Positions 1-9,722 are shown, counted from the first letter of the stretch. The stretch is 34,463 nt of DNA from Promethearchaeota archaeon (GCA_048940445.1 JBHLON010000033.1:1-34463); one strand, 5' to 3'. Made by a program: numbers and translations. Notes: generated from the sequence alone by a model not told the origin.

Positions 1-346
1 TCAGGATGCTCCTTTTTATCTATAGGTGAACTACTATAGAAAATAGAAGGACCGATTATTGAATCAAAATATGATAAGCATAAGATTGATTCACTAGAAA
101 CATTTGATGGAATAGGAATTGACTTGCTAGACATATTAAGGATGAAATTATAATACTTATCTAAATTATATAAAAGATAACCTCAATTTTATTTCAAACT
201 GTTTTTGTTAGTCTTAATCATCCATTTTATTTATTTATATTTTTAAAAAATAATATTAATAGAAATTTCTAATAAATGATGTTTTCTGGGGAATTATAAT
301 ATTTTATAAAAATCAAATTTTAATGTTTCAAAACTCTTAAAAACAT

Positions 347-802
347 ATGGATTCTGATACTCAGAATAATGAATTCAATTTAGCGATGAAAAATCTCTTT
401 CACGGAAAAGTTATGGAAAGAGCCACTGCTGCTATTACACTAGGTCATCTTAAGGAAGGTAGAGCAATAAACTTACTTGTTAAAGCGTTGAATTCAGAAA
501 ATGACCCTATAGTTATAAATAGAATTATTGAAGCAATGGGTGAGATAAAGGATCAAAAAGCAACCATATCAATAGTTGAATTCTTAAAAACAGAATTGGA
601 AAAACCAGAAGTTGAACAGGATAAAACACGTTTATTTTTAATCATCGAAAGCTTGATGAAGATAGGGGATAAAAGAGCATTACAACATTTAGGAGTTCTT
701 TTAGAGAGTTGTGATGCAGATATTAGAAGACTAACTGAAGAAGCTTTTGAGTGTATAGATCCAAATTTCAAACAAAATTTAAAAAATATTAAAAGTAAAT
801 AA
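347..802 (+). CDS. HEAT/PBS-lyase repeat protein
   Basis: Repeated helical units RATAAITLGHL..AINLLVKAL, RIIEAMGEIKD.KA, IIESLMKIGDKRALQHL typical of PBS-lyase HEAT repeats. Confidence 0.85.
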   Translation: MDSDTQNNEFNLAMKNLFHGKVMERATAAITLGHLKEGRAINLLVKALNSENDPIVINRIIEAMGEIKDQKATISIVEFLKTELEKPEVEQDKTRLFLIIESLMKIGDKRALQHLGVLLESCDADIRRLTEEAFECIDPNFKQNLKNIKSK

Positions 803-846
803 TTATTAAATTTAAAAAGCTAAAAATAGAATAAGGAGTGAAACCA

Positions 847-1164
847 ATGTTCCCTGAATTTATTTCAAAATTCTTTAAAGATGTTAATGGCGAAAAAGAC
901 ACGCATGATGTAAGTATTTTCACATTAAGTACCTGCCAATGGTGTAAGAAATGCAAGGCTTATTTAAATGATAGAAATATAAAGTATAAATATATAGATA
1001 TTGATCAGATAAGTTATGAAGACAAAGCTAAAATATTAAAATATTTAAGAGAAAATTATAAACCAGATAGAATGGCTTATCCATTTTTGGTTTGTGATGA
1101 TAAATTTGTAGTAGGTTATAACCCTAATAAGTACGAAGAAGTAATGAAGGATGGTGATAGATAA
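847..1164 (+). CDS. Glutaredoxin/NrdH-like redoxin
   Basis: FTLSTCQWCKK (CxxC), cis-Pro motif YPFLV, VVGYN; ATG at 847 follows a GGAGTG SD-like motif (track start 838 GTG is the alternative). Confidence 0.9.
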   Translation: MFPEFISKFFKDVNGEKDTHDVSIFTLSTCQWCKKCKAYLNDRNIKYKYIDIDQISYEDKAKILKYLRENYKPDRMAYPFLVCDDKFVVGYNPNKYEEVMKDGDR

Positions 1165-1165
1165 A

Positions 1166-1537
1166 ATGAATATGGAAACCATTGAAGGAATGAAAGAATA
1201 CGTTAACAAGGTTAGTGAAAAAAATAAATGGCTTTTAAATAAGGATCAAAATACACTTAATGAATTAATAGATGGATTAGTAGCAAATAAAAAGCGATAT
1301 GGATATCAATCTTGCCCATGTCGTCTTGCTTCTGGAAAACGTGATTTGGATCGTGATATAATCTGTCCATGTGATTATGCTCCATTAGATGTGAAAGAAT
1401 ATGGTGCTTGCTATTGCAATTTATTCATGCGTTCTGACTTTTATAAGGCTATTGATAAAGAATTTGTACATGTGCCCGAGAGAAGACCTGTTGAAAAGGA
1501 AAAAGCAGTGTTAGAATTCTTTAACGAAGAAAAATAA
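1166..1537 (+). CDS. Ferredoxin:thioredoxin reductase catalytic (beta) subunit-like protein
   Basis: YG..CPCR, IICPC and G.CYC.LF motifs of the FTR catalytic chain; ATG 1166 follows GGTGAT (track start 1151); adjacent to the glutaredoxin gene. Confidence 0.92.
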   Translation: MNMETIEGMKEYVNKVSEKNKWLLNKDQNTLNELIDGLVANKKRYGYQSCPCRLASGKRDLDRDIICPCDYAPLDVKEYGACYCNLFMRSDFYKAIDKEFVHVPERRPVEKEKAVLEFFNEEK

Positions 1538-1629
1538 ACTTACTTGTTTCTTTTTTCTATATTTTTCTCTGTTATATTCAATTTTTTATAAATATAATCC
1601 TTAAATATTACTTTTTCTCTTTTCTTATT

Positions 1630-1785
1630 ATGCCAGAAAAAGAAATTGATGATGATGAACTAGAAGAAGAATTAGAAAAGGCTTTCAAGGATAATGAAGT
1701 AAAACGAGATCACTGTGGAACACCATTACCAAGTAATAAAGAAGTTGGGATTCAAAGAACGAATGTAAAAGTTAAAAAAAAATAA
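1630..1785 (+). CDS. Small hypothetical protein (51 aa), acidic N-terminus and basic C-terminus
   Basis: Read by hand: MPEKEIDDDELEEELEKAFKDNEVKRDHCGTPLPSNKEVGIQRTNVKVKKK*; purine-rich coding-like composition; below the ORF-track cutoff. Confidence 0.5.
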   Translation: MPEKEIDDDELEEELEKAFKDNEVKRDHCGTPLPSNKEVGIQRTNVKVKKK

Positions 1786-1839
1786 TTGAAGAGCTTAAAA
1801 ATTAATTGTATCTTTTTCTTTTTATAAATAGCATAAATT

Positions 1840-2892
1840 TTAATCCATTAATGTTAATTTTGTGATTGCTCCAATTTCATTAAATTCTGAAGCTTCCATT
1901 CTTAATTCTTTCCCTGTTATTTTATTTGCAATGGATGCTGCAAAAATAGCCCATGGACATACTGCATTAGTTAATTCTTCCTTCGTCATTACGCTTCTTA
2001 CTTGTGAGGTTGAGCAATTTACAGATTCTATAGTAAATGATTTATCGGACTCCCATTTTACTTTTACTTTTTCAGCCATACCAATTCTTTCCGCCATTTT
2101 CATAAACTCTCTCAGAGCATCGGGAAGATTCATTTTTTCAAGTTTTTTCATATCAAAACCCGACATTGCCATCATTTTTTCAATAAATTCATAAGTTCTA
2201 GGTATAACATATTTGAAAAGAGTTGGAGTACCGAGCAACTCTTTCGCAGATTTTTCATAACCAAAAGTTACTCCATGTAATAGGAATGCAATCTGATTAA
2301 ATGCAAAGCGGGCTCTTTCTTTCATTCGCGAGTCTTTTCTAAATAAAACTAAAAGGAATAGCCCTAATCCTATAATAAATGGAATAATAGCTGCCCAGAT
2401 AAATGTTCCAGGTACAATAACCACAGAGATCCCCAACGAGGTCCAAGCTGGAATTACAACATAATAAAAATTATAAAGACTAGTCCAATGCGCTAAACTC
2501 CATCCTAAAATTCCAATTGGCCCAATATACATTCCATATAAATAAATTTGATCTTTTTTAAATCGAGCAATGCTAAATTTAAAAGTGACAAGAATAAATG
2601 CTATTAAACCTCCGATCCACACATGAGTCCACACTCCAGAAGGTTTTAATAGATTAGGATCAGATGCTGTAATATGTAAATATAATGCGTACATACACTG
2701 AGCAAATAATAAGTAAAAAATCGAAATCTCTATCCATCCATATCTTTTATGGTATTTTACAACGATAAAATCAGTTTTCATAAGATTTAAATCCCTAATA
2801 TTATATAAACCAATGAATCCATTTGCAAGGGCAAAAGAGTAACCTATGATAGTTTGTAAAATCATTAATTCAGTAAATAATTGAAGAACCAT
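1840..2892 (-). CDS. Membrane protein (~5 TM, His-containing) fused to a C-terminal V4R-like domain
   Basis: Hydrophobic helices over the first ~185 aa; C-terminal F.IES.NC....CPW motif resembling V4R/methanogen output domains. Confidence 0.65.
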   Translation of the reverse strand: MVLQLFTELMILQTIIGYSFALANGFIGLYNIRDLNLMKTDFIVVKYHKRYGWIEISIFYLLFAQCMYALYLHITASDPNLLKPSGVWTHVWIGGLIAFILVTFKFSIARFKKDQIYLYGMYIGPIGILGWSLAHWTSLYNFYYVVIPAWTSLGISVVIVPGTFIWAAIIPFIIGLGLFLLVLFRKDSRMKERARFAFNQIAFLLHGVTFGYEKSAKELLGTPTLFKYVIPRTYEFIEKMMAMSGFDMKKLEKMNLPDALREFMKMAERIGMAEKVKVKWESDKSFTIESVNCSTSQVRSVMTKEELTNAVCPWAIFAASIANKITGKELRMEASEFNEIGAITKLTLMD

Positions 2893-2984
2893 AACTAAGT
2901 TTCCCTCAGATTAATTGAATAAATATTAAAAGGGTTACAAATAAAACAATTTCTTTTTGTTTATATAATAATTCCATTTATAAA

Positions 2985-4091
2985 TTATTTCAATTGCCTA
3001 AAAATGTTAATGCAAAGATCCTGAATAAAAGTGAACTCGCTAAAATCTTTGACATCTCCTATCAAAATTAGGGCAAAATTGTTAAAGTTAAGACATATCG
3101 TAGCGATTCTTTCCCCCCCCATTACCGTATTAAATAACTTTTTATTATATACATCCTCACTTACTTTTTTTGATGATGTTAGAAGGCTGATAGCTTCAGG
3201 AATATAATTGGAACAATCATAAGTAGTGTCAAATACTTTATAGTAGAAGATCTTCCCAACTAAATCAACCAAAAAGAGTTGTTTTATCTTTGGATTCCAT
3301 TTAATTAATTCAAACTTTTCTTTTAGTTTTTGGGGTTTCCTAACATACTTGTCTTTCTCCTTAAAGAATTCTAAATCAAGAAACTCTACTTTAAAATCAT
3401 TAAGCAGTTTAAATTGTTTAACAATTATAATTTTTTTTCTTGGTTCAACAATTAGGTTTTCATTTTGAACTGTGTTAATTAGTATCCATCTTAAATTTTC
3501 ATTAAGATTATTCTGATATAACAGGTTACCAGAATTTAATAATAATGGAATGAGAAAACTGATTTTATCTTTATTTACATAATCTTTTGCATGGATAAAA
3601 AATATTGAGCCACTTCGAGGTTCTATTAAAATTATCGATTTTAATATGTCATTACTATCTATTCTTTGAATAGAGTCAGATAATAAATCCATTCCGTGTG
3701 AATACATAATTTGTGTTATTTCCTTTTTAAAACCATGAAACTTAGTAACTTCTCCATCAAATTCTTTATTCAATTCATTGCTAAAAGTTTCTAAAAATCG
3801 TTTCTGTACGTCATGAATAATTGAATGTAAAAGCTCGATTAAATCCTCATTTTTAGTAGTAATTACAAATGTAAGCTTTTGTAATTTTTCATAGGATTTT
3901 TCAAAAATAATCTGTGTCTCCCTTAATTTAAGAGACTTAATATCTTCTCCTCTTTCGACAGTAGCAAAACTATCTATCGCAGACAAAAATCCGCTAAATA
4001 AATCAGGTTTATTTTCCTTTTTACTTATATCAGAAGCCCAATGAAATAATAATGCTCCAGTTTGATTTATTATCAGTATATTATCTATCAT
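2985..4091 (-). CDS. Longin-domain protein with two further roadblock/longin-like domains
   Basis: N-terminal IDNILIINQTGALLF..LFSGFLSAIDSFA..F...F longin pattern; the beta-hairpin pattern recurs as LKSIILIEPRSGSIFF and IKQLFLVDLVGKIFY. Confidence 0.7.
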   Translation of the reverse strand: MIDNILIINQTGALLFHWASDISKKENKPDLFSGFLSAIDSFATVERGEDIKSLKLRETQIIFEKSYEKLQKLTFVITTKNEDLIELLHSIIHDVQKRFLETFSNELNKEFDGEVTKFHGFKKEITQIMYSHGMDLLSDSIQRIDSNDILKSIILIEPRSGSIFFIHAKDYVNKDKISFLIPLLLNSGNLLYQNNLNENLRWILINTVQNENLIVEPRKKIIIVKQFKLLNDFKVEFLDLEFFKEKDKYVRKPQKLKEKFELIKWNPKIKQLFLVDLVGKIFYYKVFDTTYDCSNYIPEAISLLTSSKKVSEDVYNKKLFNTVMGGERIATICLNFNNFALILIGDVKDFSEFTFIQDLCINIFRQLK

Positions 4092-4251
4092 AATTCACTG
4101 ATTTCTTATTAAAAACAATTTATTTTAGTTTTTATTAAATAACTTTTATACTATTATAAAGAATTACTTTAATATTCAAAAATTATATTCTAATATAATT
4201 TATGAACTTTTTTTTCATAAGTTTATCCAGTTTAGTTAGAAGGTATAAATA

Positions 4252-5235
4252 ATGGAGAGAAGGATTAAAGGAAGAAAAAATTATCCTACTGAGGAAGTTG
4301 ATCCAAGTAACTTTATAAAAGATGAAAAAGTAAAACAAATGGTTGAAAACATTGATAGCGTTAAATTTGTCCAAGATGATTATTACAAGCTTTACAATTG
4401 TGTACACTGTGGAGAATGTGAGACAGAGAAAGAAAGGATATTGTTAAAAGAAAAATTTATAGCAGAGGGCTATACTTTCGAAGAAAAAAATGAGATGATT
4501 GAAAATTTTAAAAGGTTTAGGAGCCCTTACCCTTCAAATGAGATGCGAATAAAAAGGCCAGATGAAATTCCTGAGAATTCAGATACTCTTTTCTTTATGG
4601 GATGCCTTTCTACTATAAGAATTCCAAAATATACGGAACATGCTCTTCAATATTTAATTAAACAAAAAGTTGATTTTACAATTTTAGACACGGAAATATG
4701 CTGTGGATGGCATCTATTGGTAAGCGGATTAAGAAAGGAATATGAGACCTGTAAAAAAGAAAATATAGAATTATTTAAAAAGTTTGAGAAGATTATCTGT
4801 TTATGCCCCGCTTGTTATGATCTTTTTAGAAAAGATTATGCTAAGGATATGGATAAAGATATTAAAATCGAATATATTGCAGATTATTTGAAACCATCAG
4901 AAACAGAAAAGTCTGGAAAAATAGGAATTCAACATCTCTGCCAACTTATGAATCGTGGAAGAGAAGGAGTGGATATACTAATAAATAAAGTACTTGAGAA
5001 AAGTGGATATGAAGTTATTGATATTCCACACTGGTGTTGCGGGGGTGGAAGCGGATATATGGGACGTACTGATGTGATTGAAGCCATTGCTAAGAAAAGA
5101 ATGGAAGATTTTGATAATTCCGGAACTGACATTTGTACAACTTACTGTCCTAGCTGCTGGTGGATCCTACGACGATTCAGCAAGAAATTTAGAATTCGCC
5201 CTAAAGTAAGGGACATTTTTGAATTAATAATTTAA
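4252..5235 (+). CDS. Fe-S oxidoreductase with two CCG domains (HdrD/GlpC-like)
   Basis: CVHCGEC; FFMGC..CCG..CPAC and HLC..CCGGG..CPSC CCG-domain motifs. Confidence 0.88.
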   Translation: MERRIKGRKNYPTEEVDPSNFIKDEKVKQMVENIDSVKFVQDDYYKLYNCVHCGECETEKERILLKEKFIAEGYTFEEKNEMIENFKRFRSPYPSNEMRIKRPDEIPENSDTLFFMGCLSTIRIPKYTEHALQYLIKQKVDFTILDTEICCGWHLLVSGLRKEYETCKKENIELFKKFEKIICLCPACYDLFRKDYAKDMDKDIKIEYIADYLKPSETEKSGKIGIQHLCQLMNRGREGVDILINKVLEKSGYEVIDIPHWCCGGGSGYMGRTDVIEAIAKKRMEDFDNSGTDICTTYCPSCWWILRRFSKKFRIRPKVRDIFELII

Positions 5236-5265
5236 ATTTACTAATTGCTTTTTTAAATAAAGAAA

Positions 5266-6294
5266 TTAAATCTCTAATTTAATTAGATCAGAAGATAATT
5301 TAGAAAATATTTCTTCAATATTTTCTCCTGTTAAAGCAGAAATTTCGAAATATTGAATATCCATTGTTTTTGCTAATTTCACTGCATCAGCTGGATTCAC
5401 GATTCTATCTTTAGTTAAATCGATCTTGTTTCCGACTAGATAACCATCCAATTTATTTTTGGTAAGTAGATAATTCTTGAGATCTTGATGCCACTTTAGG
5501 AGATTAGCAAAAGATCCTGGATTGGTTACATCAAAAACTAAAAGAAATGCACTCGCACCCTCATAGAATTGCTTTCTAATAGTTTCAAATTTTTTTTGAC
5601 CACCAATATCCCAAAATACTAGTTCTATCACATTATTCTGTATAACAAATCTCTTTTTAGTAATATTTAAAGCAACGGTGGGTATATAACCGCGCATAAA
5701 AACATTATCTGTAAATTTAAGGACGGTTGATGTTTTACCTACTGCTGGATCTCCTAAAATTATGACTTTGAATTTCTTCGTTGGCTCTTCCTCAAGAATT
5801 TTATCAATTTCTGGCTTTTTTTCTGCTTTTGAAACAATATTACTTTTAGAACGTAAATAATCTACAGTTTCCTGGAGATTATCATGTAATCTAATAATTT
5901 CTTCAAATGTTTTTTGATTATCCAAATTCTTTTCTTCATATTCAATAATTCTTTGAACAGTTTCAGTGAAGTATTTATCAATATAGCTCAGATATCTATA
6001 AAAAATAATATCATCTTCTTCTTTAAATAAGAAAATTATAGCAGACTTAGCAGTCTCCAGTCTTTGGCTGTTATTACGTTCAAAATATTTAATTAAAATT
6101 TTAGTCTTTAGCTGTTTGAAGGGGTAAATTAATAGAATTTCAGGAATAAATGCTTGATCGGTTGAAAGGATATCACTACATTTCAGTTCTATTAATTTTC
6201 TAATTTCCTCTGGGAAATCTATTGGATACCAGAAAAACGATTTTGGCTTATTTAAATCAATATAAAAGATTGCGGGGACTAAATCTAAATTCAT
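5266..6294 (-). CDS. Rab/Ras-like small GTPase with ~170-aa N-terminal (uDENN/longin-like) domain
   Basis: G1 GDPAVGKT, G2 YIPT, G3 WDIGGQ, G4 NKID, G5 SAL; the N-terminal fold assignment is inferred. Confidence 0.9.
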   Translation of the reverse strand: MNLDLVPAIFYIDLNKPKSFFWYPIDFPEEIRKLIELKCSDILSTDQAFIPEILLIYPFKQLKTKILIKYFERNNSQRLETAKSAIIFLFKEEDDIIFYRYLSYIDKYFTETVQRIIEYEEKNLDNQKTFEEIIRLHDNLQETVDYLRSKSNIVSKAEKKPEIDKILEEEPTKKFKVIILGDPAVGKTSTVLKFTDNVFMRGYIPTVALNITKKRFVIQNNVIELVFWDIGGQKKFETIRKQFYEGASAFLLVFDVTNPGSFANLLKWHQDLKNYLLTKNKLDGYLVGNKIDLTKDRIVNPADAVKLAKTMDIQYFEISALTGENIEEIFSKLSSDLIKLEI

Positions 6295-6384
6295 ATCGAA
6301 CAGTTTCAGAATATCTTAGGCTTTTGTATAATAAAGAATAACTTATTATTTATATTTGATTGAGTTTATGTTATTAGGGAGATA

Positions 6385-9135
6385 TCAGAGTGATACCGCA
6401 AATGTGAGGATATCTTGAGGATTTGATTTGAATGAAAAAGAGTTTCCATCTTTAATTTCTAACTTTCTTATAGGTTCTTCCAATAAATTTACTAATTTCA
6501 CTTTTTTTATTGGTGAATAAAATGTTATTTTGCCTTTTCTTCTTTTATTTGATGTTTCACATATTCTAATAATAATTTCATTCTGATTTTCTTCTGCCTT
6601 TTTTATTGAGTTAATTAAAAAACAATCAGGTTCTACTTTAATGAAGCTAAATTTATCTGGCATATTCCCTTCTTGTCTTTTTAATAATTCAGTAAATAAT
6701 GGAATATTATGACTTAAAGCCACTGTAGTAATGTTGCCTTTTTCACATCTTTCACTATGAAATAAAATAGAATATTTAAACTCATTTTTTGTGAGTTCTA
6801 AAGCTTTAGGGATGTCATAAAAAAGTCCAAGTATCATGGGAACTGCACCAGGAAAAATATTTGCTACATGACCAGTACTCCTCAGTAAAGTTAAGAACAT
6901 AATATCCTTATTTTTTCCAAGTTCGTATTCAGGAAGCCCATAATTAATTAAACTTAACCCTTTATTATTATTATCTGAAATGTCCATCCAGTTAACAACA
7001 GGAAAGATCCGATCATACTGAGCAAACTCTTTTTTAACATCTATCCATGCTTTCCCAATTTCTGGTTTGATATCTCTTTCAATAAATCCATAAGGGATTT
7101 CAGAATAAACTATAGGATTTTTAAAGTTTACCGGAAAGCAAGCCTGTATTAAAACATTTTTTATTTTGTTCTTGAACTTCGTAAGGAAATCAATACGATC
7201 CGTTTCAAAGTTGTATAAAATAATATATTGAGTAATCTTATTAATTGGTTTGAAAAACCATTTATTTTTACATTTTAATTTTGACTTTAATCGAATCGCT
7301 GTTCTTACTGGCCCATTTTCTATGAGCTCAAGTTCATTCTCATAGGTTGTAAAAAAATTTTTAGGAATTTTTCCATGAAGATAACTATCTCCTCTATCAG
7401 TTGATATTCTTAAGTCATTAATAAAAAATTCTGAAGAACTAATCTTGAAGTCATTCTTTTTGTCATAAATAGATTGAAGTTTATTTTTCTCAAATTTCAA
7501 TTTAAACCTGTTATTTTGTACTTCAATTACTTCATTCTGGGAAGAATATTTGATTGATACCAAATTCTTATTTACTCCACTATTTTTTCTCTCATATTTT
7601 TTGATTTGGTAAACTTTATATCCAATTGATGGAATTCCTGAAGCTTTTATGACGTATAGATTTTCATTAGAGTTAATAAGATCTTTTTGGTATGGTACTT
7701 CATTTTCTTTCTCATCAAAAATTTTAAAATATTTATGATTATCTGGGATCTTAATATAAGTAGTGTCAGATCGCGAAATAGAAATTGGATTAAAGACAAG
7801 TAGTGGAATAGAATCATCCGATAATCGTGAAGTATTTATTAGTGTTATTAATGAATTTATTGCTTTTTTATAAGAGTTTTGTAATTGAATTTCTGATAAT
7901 TTCAACATGTTCATTATATTCGAAAAGACAGCATCCACATGACAGCCAGGTATTCCATCATGAAAGTCGCAACATAATATCCTCCATATAGCTTTATGAA
8001 TTTTATCTTTAGGATAGATATAATCCTTATTGTAAACATTTGAAATCGTAGCATAAGTCTCAGCTAAATAGAACATATTTTCTAATCTTCTTATTTTTTG
8101 TTTAAGTTGAATTCTTGAACTAAACGTCCCTACAAACTTATCCGGAATCCCACTGAATTCATAATTTTTTATTTTTCCGAATTTCTTTTTAGTTTGTGAT
8201 AATTCACGAAAAAAATCACTAGGTAAAGCAATTTTTAGATTATAATCTCTATTCTTTTTCTGTAAATAATCAACGGCATCCAAAACATTAGTACTTGGAG
8301 GAAGATTGTCATCTCCATTTAGAATAAGGATATTGTTAGTTGTAGCATTTTGTAACCTTTTATCAATTGCATATTTTAAACCTGCTCCCAAATCTCCTAC
8401 TTTACTGGGTATCCCTATTTTTAAGCTATTTAATTTTTGAACGATGATTTTAATAGGAGGAAATAGTTTCTTTAGAATTTCATACACTTTAAAATTCTGT
8501 GGAATAAGATTTAATGTGAAAATAGCAGGAAAAACTGGAAATAATGGTGGAAAAAAAGAACCACTAAAAGGGAGGGGTATCCATCTATAAGTTCTAGACA
8601 TAAAATGAGCTAATACTTTAGACCCATTAGGAGCCTCCCATAAAAATTCTGAGGGTAAATTCCGATTTCTTGCTCCTCGAACAAAAATGAAATATTTAAA
8701 GCCTGATTTTTCGAAAATTTGAGGTAATTGAGCTGATTGCCCAAAAGAGTCTATTAGATAGCCTATTTTTGGGATTATTCCAAAATATTTTTTAAAATAC
8801 ATTTTGCCATAAAGAATTTGCCTTACTAAAGATTCTCCATTTGGCAATAATGTATCTGGAGCAACTACCATTCCACCTACTAGTTCTATTCTTTTTCGTT
8901 GTACATGTTCTATTAATTCATTCATCATTTCTGGATAATGGACTTTAAAATATTCAATCGCCATGGCAGAATCAATGACAAATTTAAATTTGGGATGCTT
9001 ACGCATAATCATTATTGCTTCTTTTATAATCCTTGCAGATTTAGCACCCATTCTGTCAGCAGTGTCACACCATGCCCAATCATAATGGAAATTTGGACAA
9101 ATATACACATTAATTTTTGATAGTTTCAAACCCAA
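6385..9135 (-). CDS. Glycoside hydrolase family 38 alpha-mannosidase
   Basis: HYDWAW Zn motif, GESLVRQ.LYG, IDSFG nucleophile, FHDGIPG, EIPYG, LTLLRS; start may be TTG 9129. Confidence 0.93.
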   Translation of the reverse strand: MGLKLSKINVYICPNFHYDWAWCDTADRMGAKSARIIKEAIMIMRKHPKFKFVIDSAMAIEYFKVHYPEMMNELIEHVQRKRIELVGGMVVAPDTLLPNGESLVRQILYGKMYFKKYFGIIPKIGYLIDSFGQSAQLPQIFEKSGFKYFIFVRGARNRNLPSEFLWEAPNGSKVLAHFMSRTYRWIPLPFSGSFFPPLFPVFPAIFTLNLIPQNFKVYEILKKLFPPIKIIVQKLNSLKIGIPSKVGDLGAGLKYAIDKRLQNATTNNILILNGDDNLPPSTNVLDAVDYLQKKNRDYNLKIALPSDFFRELSQTKKKFGKIKNYEFSGIPDKFVGTFSSRIQLKQKIRRLENMFYLAETYATISNVYNKDYIYPKDKIHKAIWRILCCDFHDGIPGCHVDAVFSNIMNMLKLSEIQLQNSYKKAINSLITLINTSRLSDDSIPLLVFNPISISRSDTTYIKIPDNHKYFKIFDEKENEVPYQKDLINSNENLYVIKASGIPSIGYKVYQIKKYERKNSGVNKNLVSIKYSSQNEVIEVQNNRFKLKFEKNKLQSIYDKKNDFKISSSEFFINDLRISTDRGDSYLHGKIPKNFFTTYENELELIENGPVRTAIRLKSKLKCKNKWFFKPINKITQYIILYNFETDRIDFLTKFKNKIKNVLIQACFPVNFKNPIVYSEIPYGFIERDIKPEIGKAWIDVKKEFAQYDRIFPVVNWMDISDNNNKGLSLINYGLPEYELGKNKDIMFLTLLRSTGHVANIFPGAVPMILGLFYDIPKALELTKNEFKYSILFHSERCEKGNITTVALSHNIPLFTELLKRQEGNMPDKFSFIKVEPDCFLINSIKKAEENQNEIIIRICETSNKRRKGKITFYSPIKKVKLVNLLEEPIRKLEIKDGNSFSFKSNPQDILTFAVSL

Positions 9136-9152
9136 TTCACTCTATTTTTACT

Positions 9153-9533
9153 TTAATCATAATAAAGGAAGTACGTAAGCCAACTAATCGAGCATATAGA
9201 GATATTAAGGATAAAATCAAATATAAATCCAAAATTACTAACAAAATTGAAAATTGATATGATTACCAAAAATAAATAATAAATTCCGCAGTATAATATA
9301 AATACAAAGAACAAAATACCTCCCCAACCCCATTTATCAGTTTTCTTCCTTAAAAATTCAAATGCAACACTCAAACCAAGAATGGGCCAAACTAAACTGA
9401 TCAAATCAAGAATGTATTCATTAGAAGTAATAATTAATATTATTAAATCTGGTAAGAATTTTAATAACAATAAAACACATAACAAAATGATTAAAAACCC
9501 ATAAACCAGATAATACTTTCTTTCATAATTCAT
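9153..9533 (-). CDS. Small multi-pass membrane protein
   Basis: About 4 hydrophobic segments; co-oriented, immediately upstream of the GH38 gene. Confidence 0.6.
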   Translation of the reverse strand: MNYERKYYLVYGFLIILLCVLLLLKFLPDLIILIITSNEYILDLISLVWPILGLSVAFEFLRKKTDKWGWGGILFFVFILYCGIYYLFLVIISIFNFVSNFGFIFDFILNISICSISWLTYFLYYD

Positions 9534-9722
9534 ATTAATATCTTATATCTTAAAGAATTAAAATGATTTTTTATTCTCAGGTATTTTTTAATTATTAATT
9601 GAGATAAAGGTTAAGTTATGGAAAGTTGAGTTTTACGTATATGAGTTTATAATTTAAACGAAAAAAAATTTTAAATTTGAATTCAAATAATCATAATAGG
9701 AGAAATTAAATAGGTTGATTTT

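Noticed and set aside
1-153. Frame +1 reads SGCSFLSIGELL*KIEGPIIESKY..RMKL*; possible in-frame TAG (pyrrolysine) or pseudogene tail
   Set aside because: Too short and cut by the window edge; no recognisable family, so readthrough cannot be supported
553-5132. Track ORFs 553..771, 1862..2194, 4183..4407 and 4929..5132
   Set aside because: Antisense shadows of well-supported genes, with no motifs
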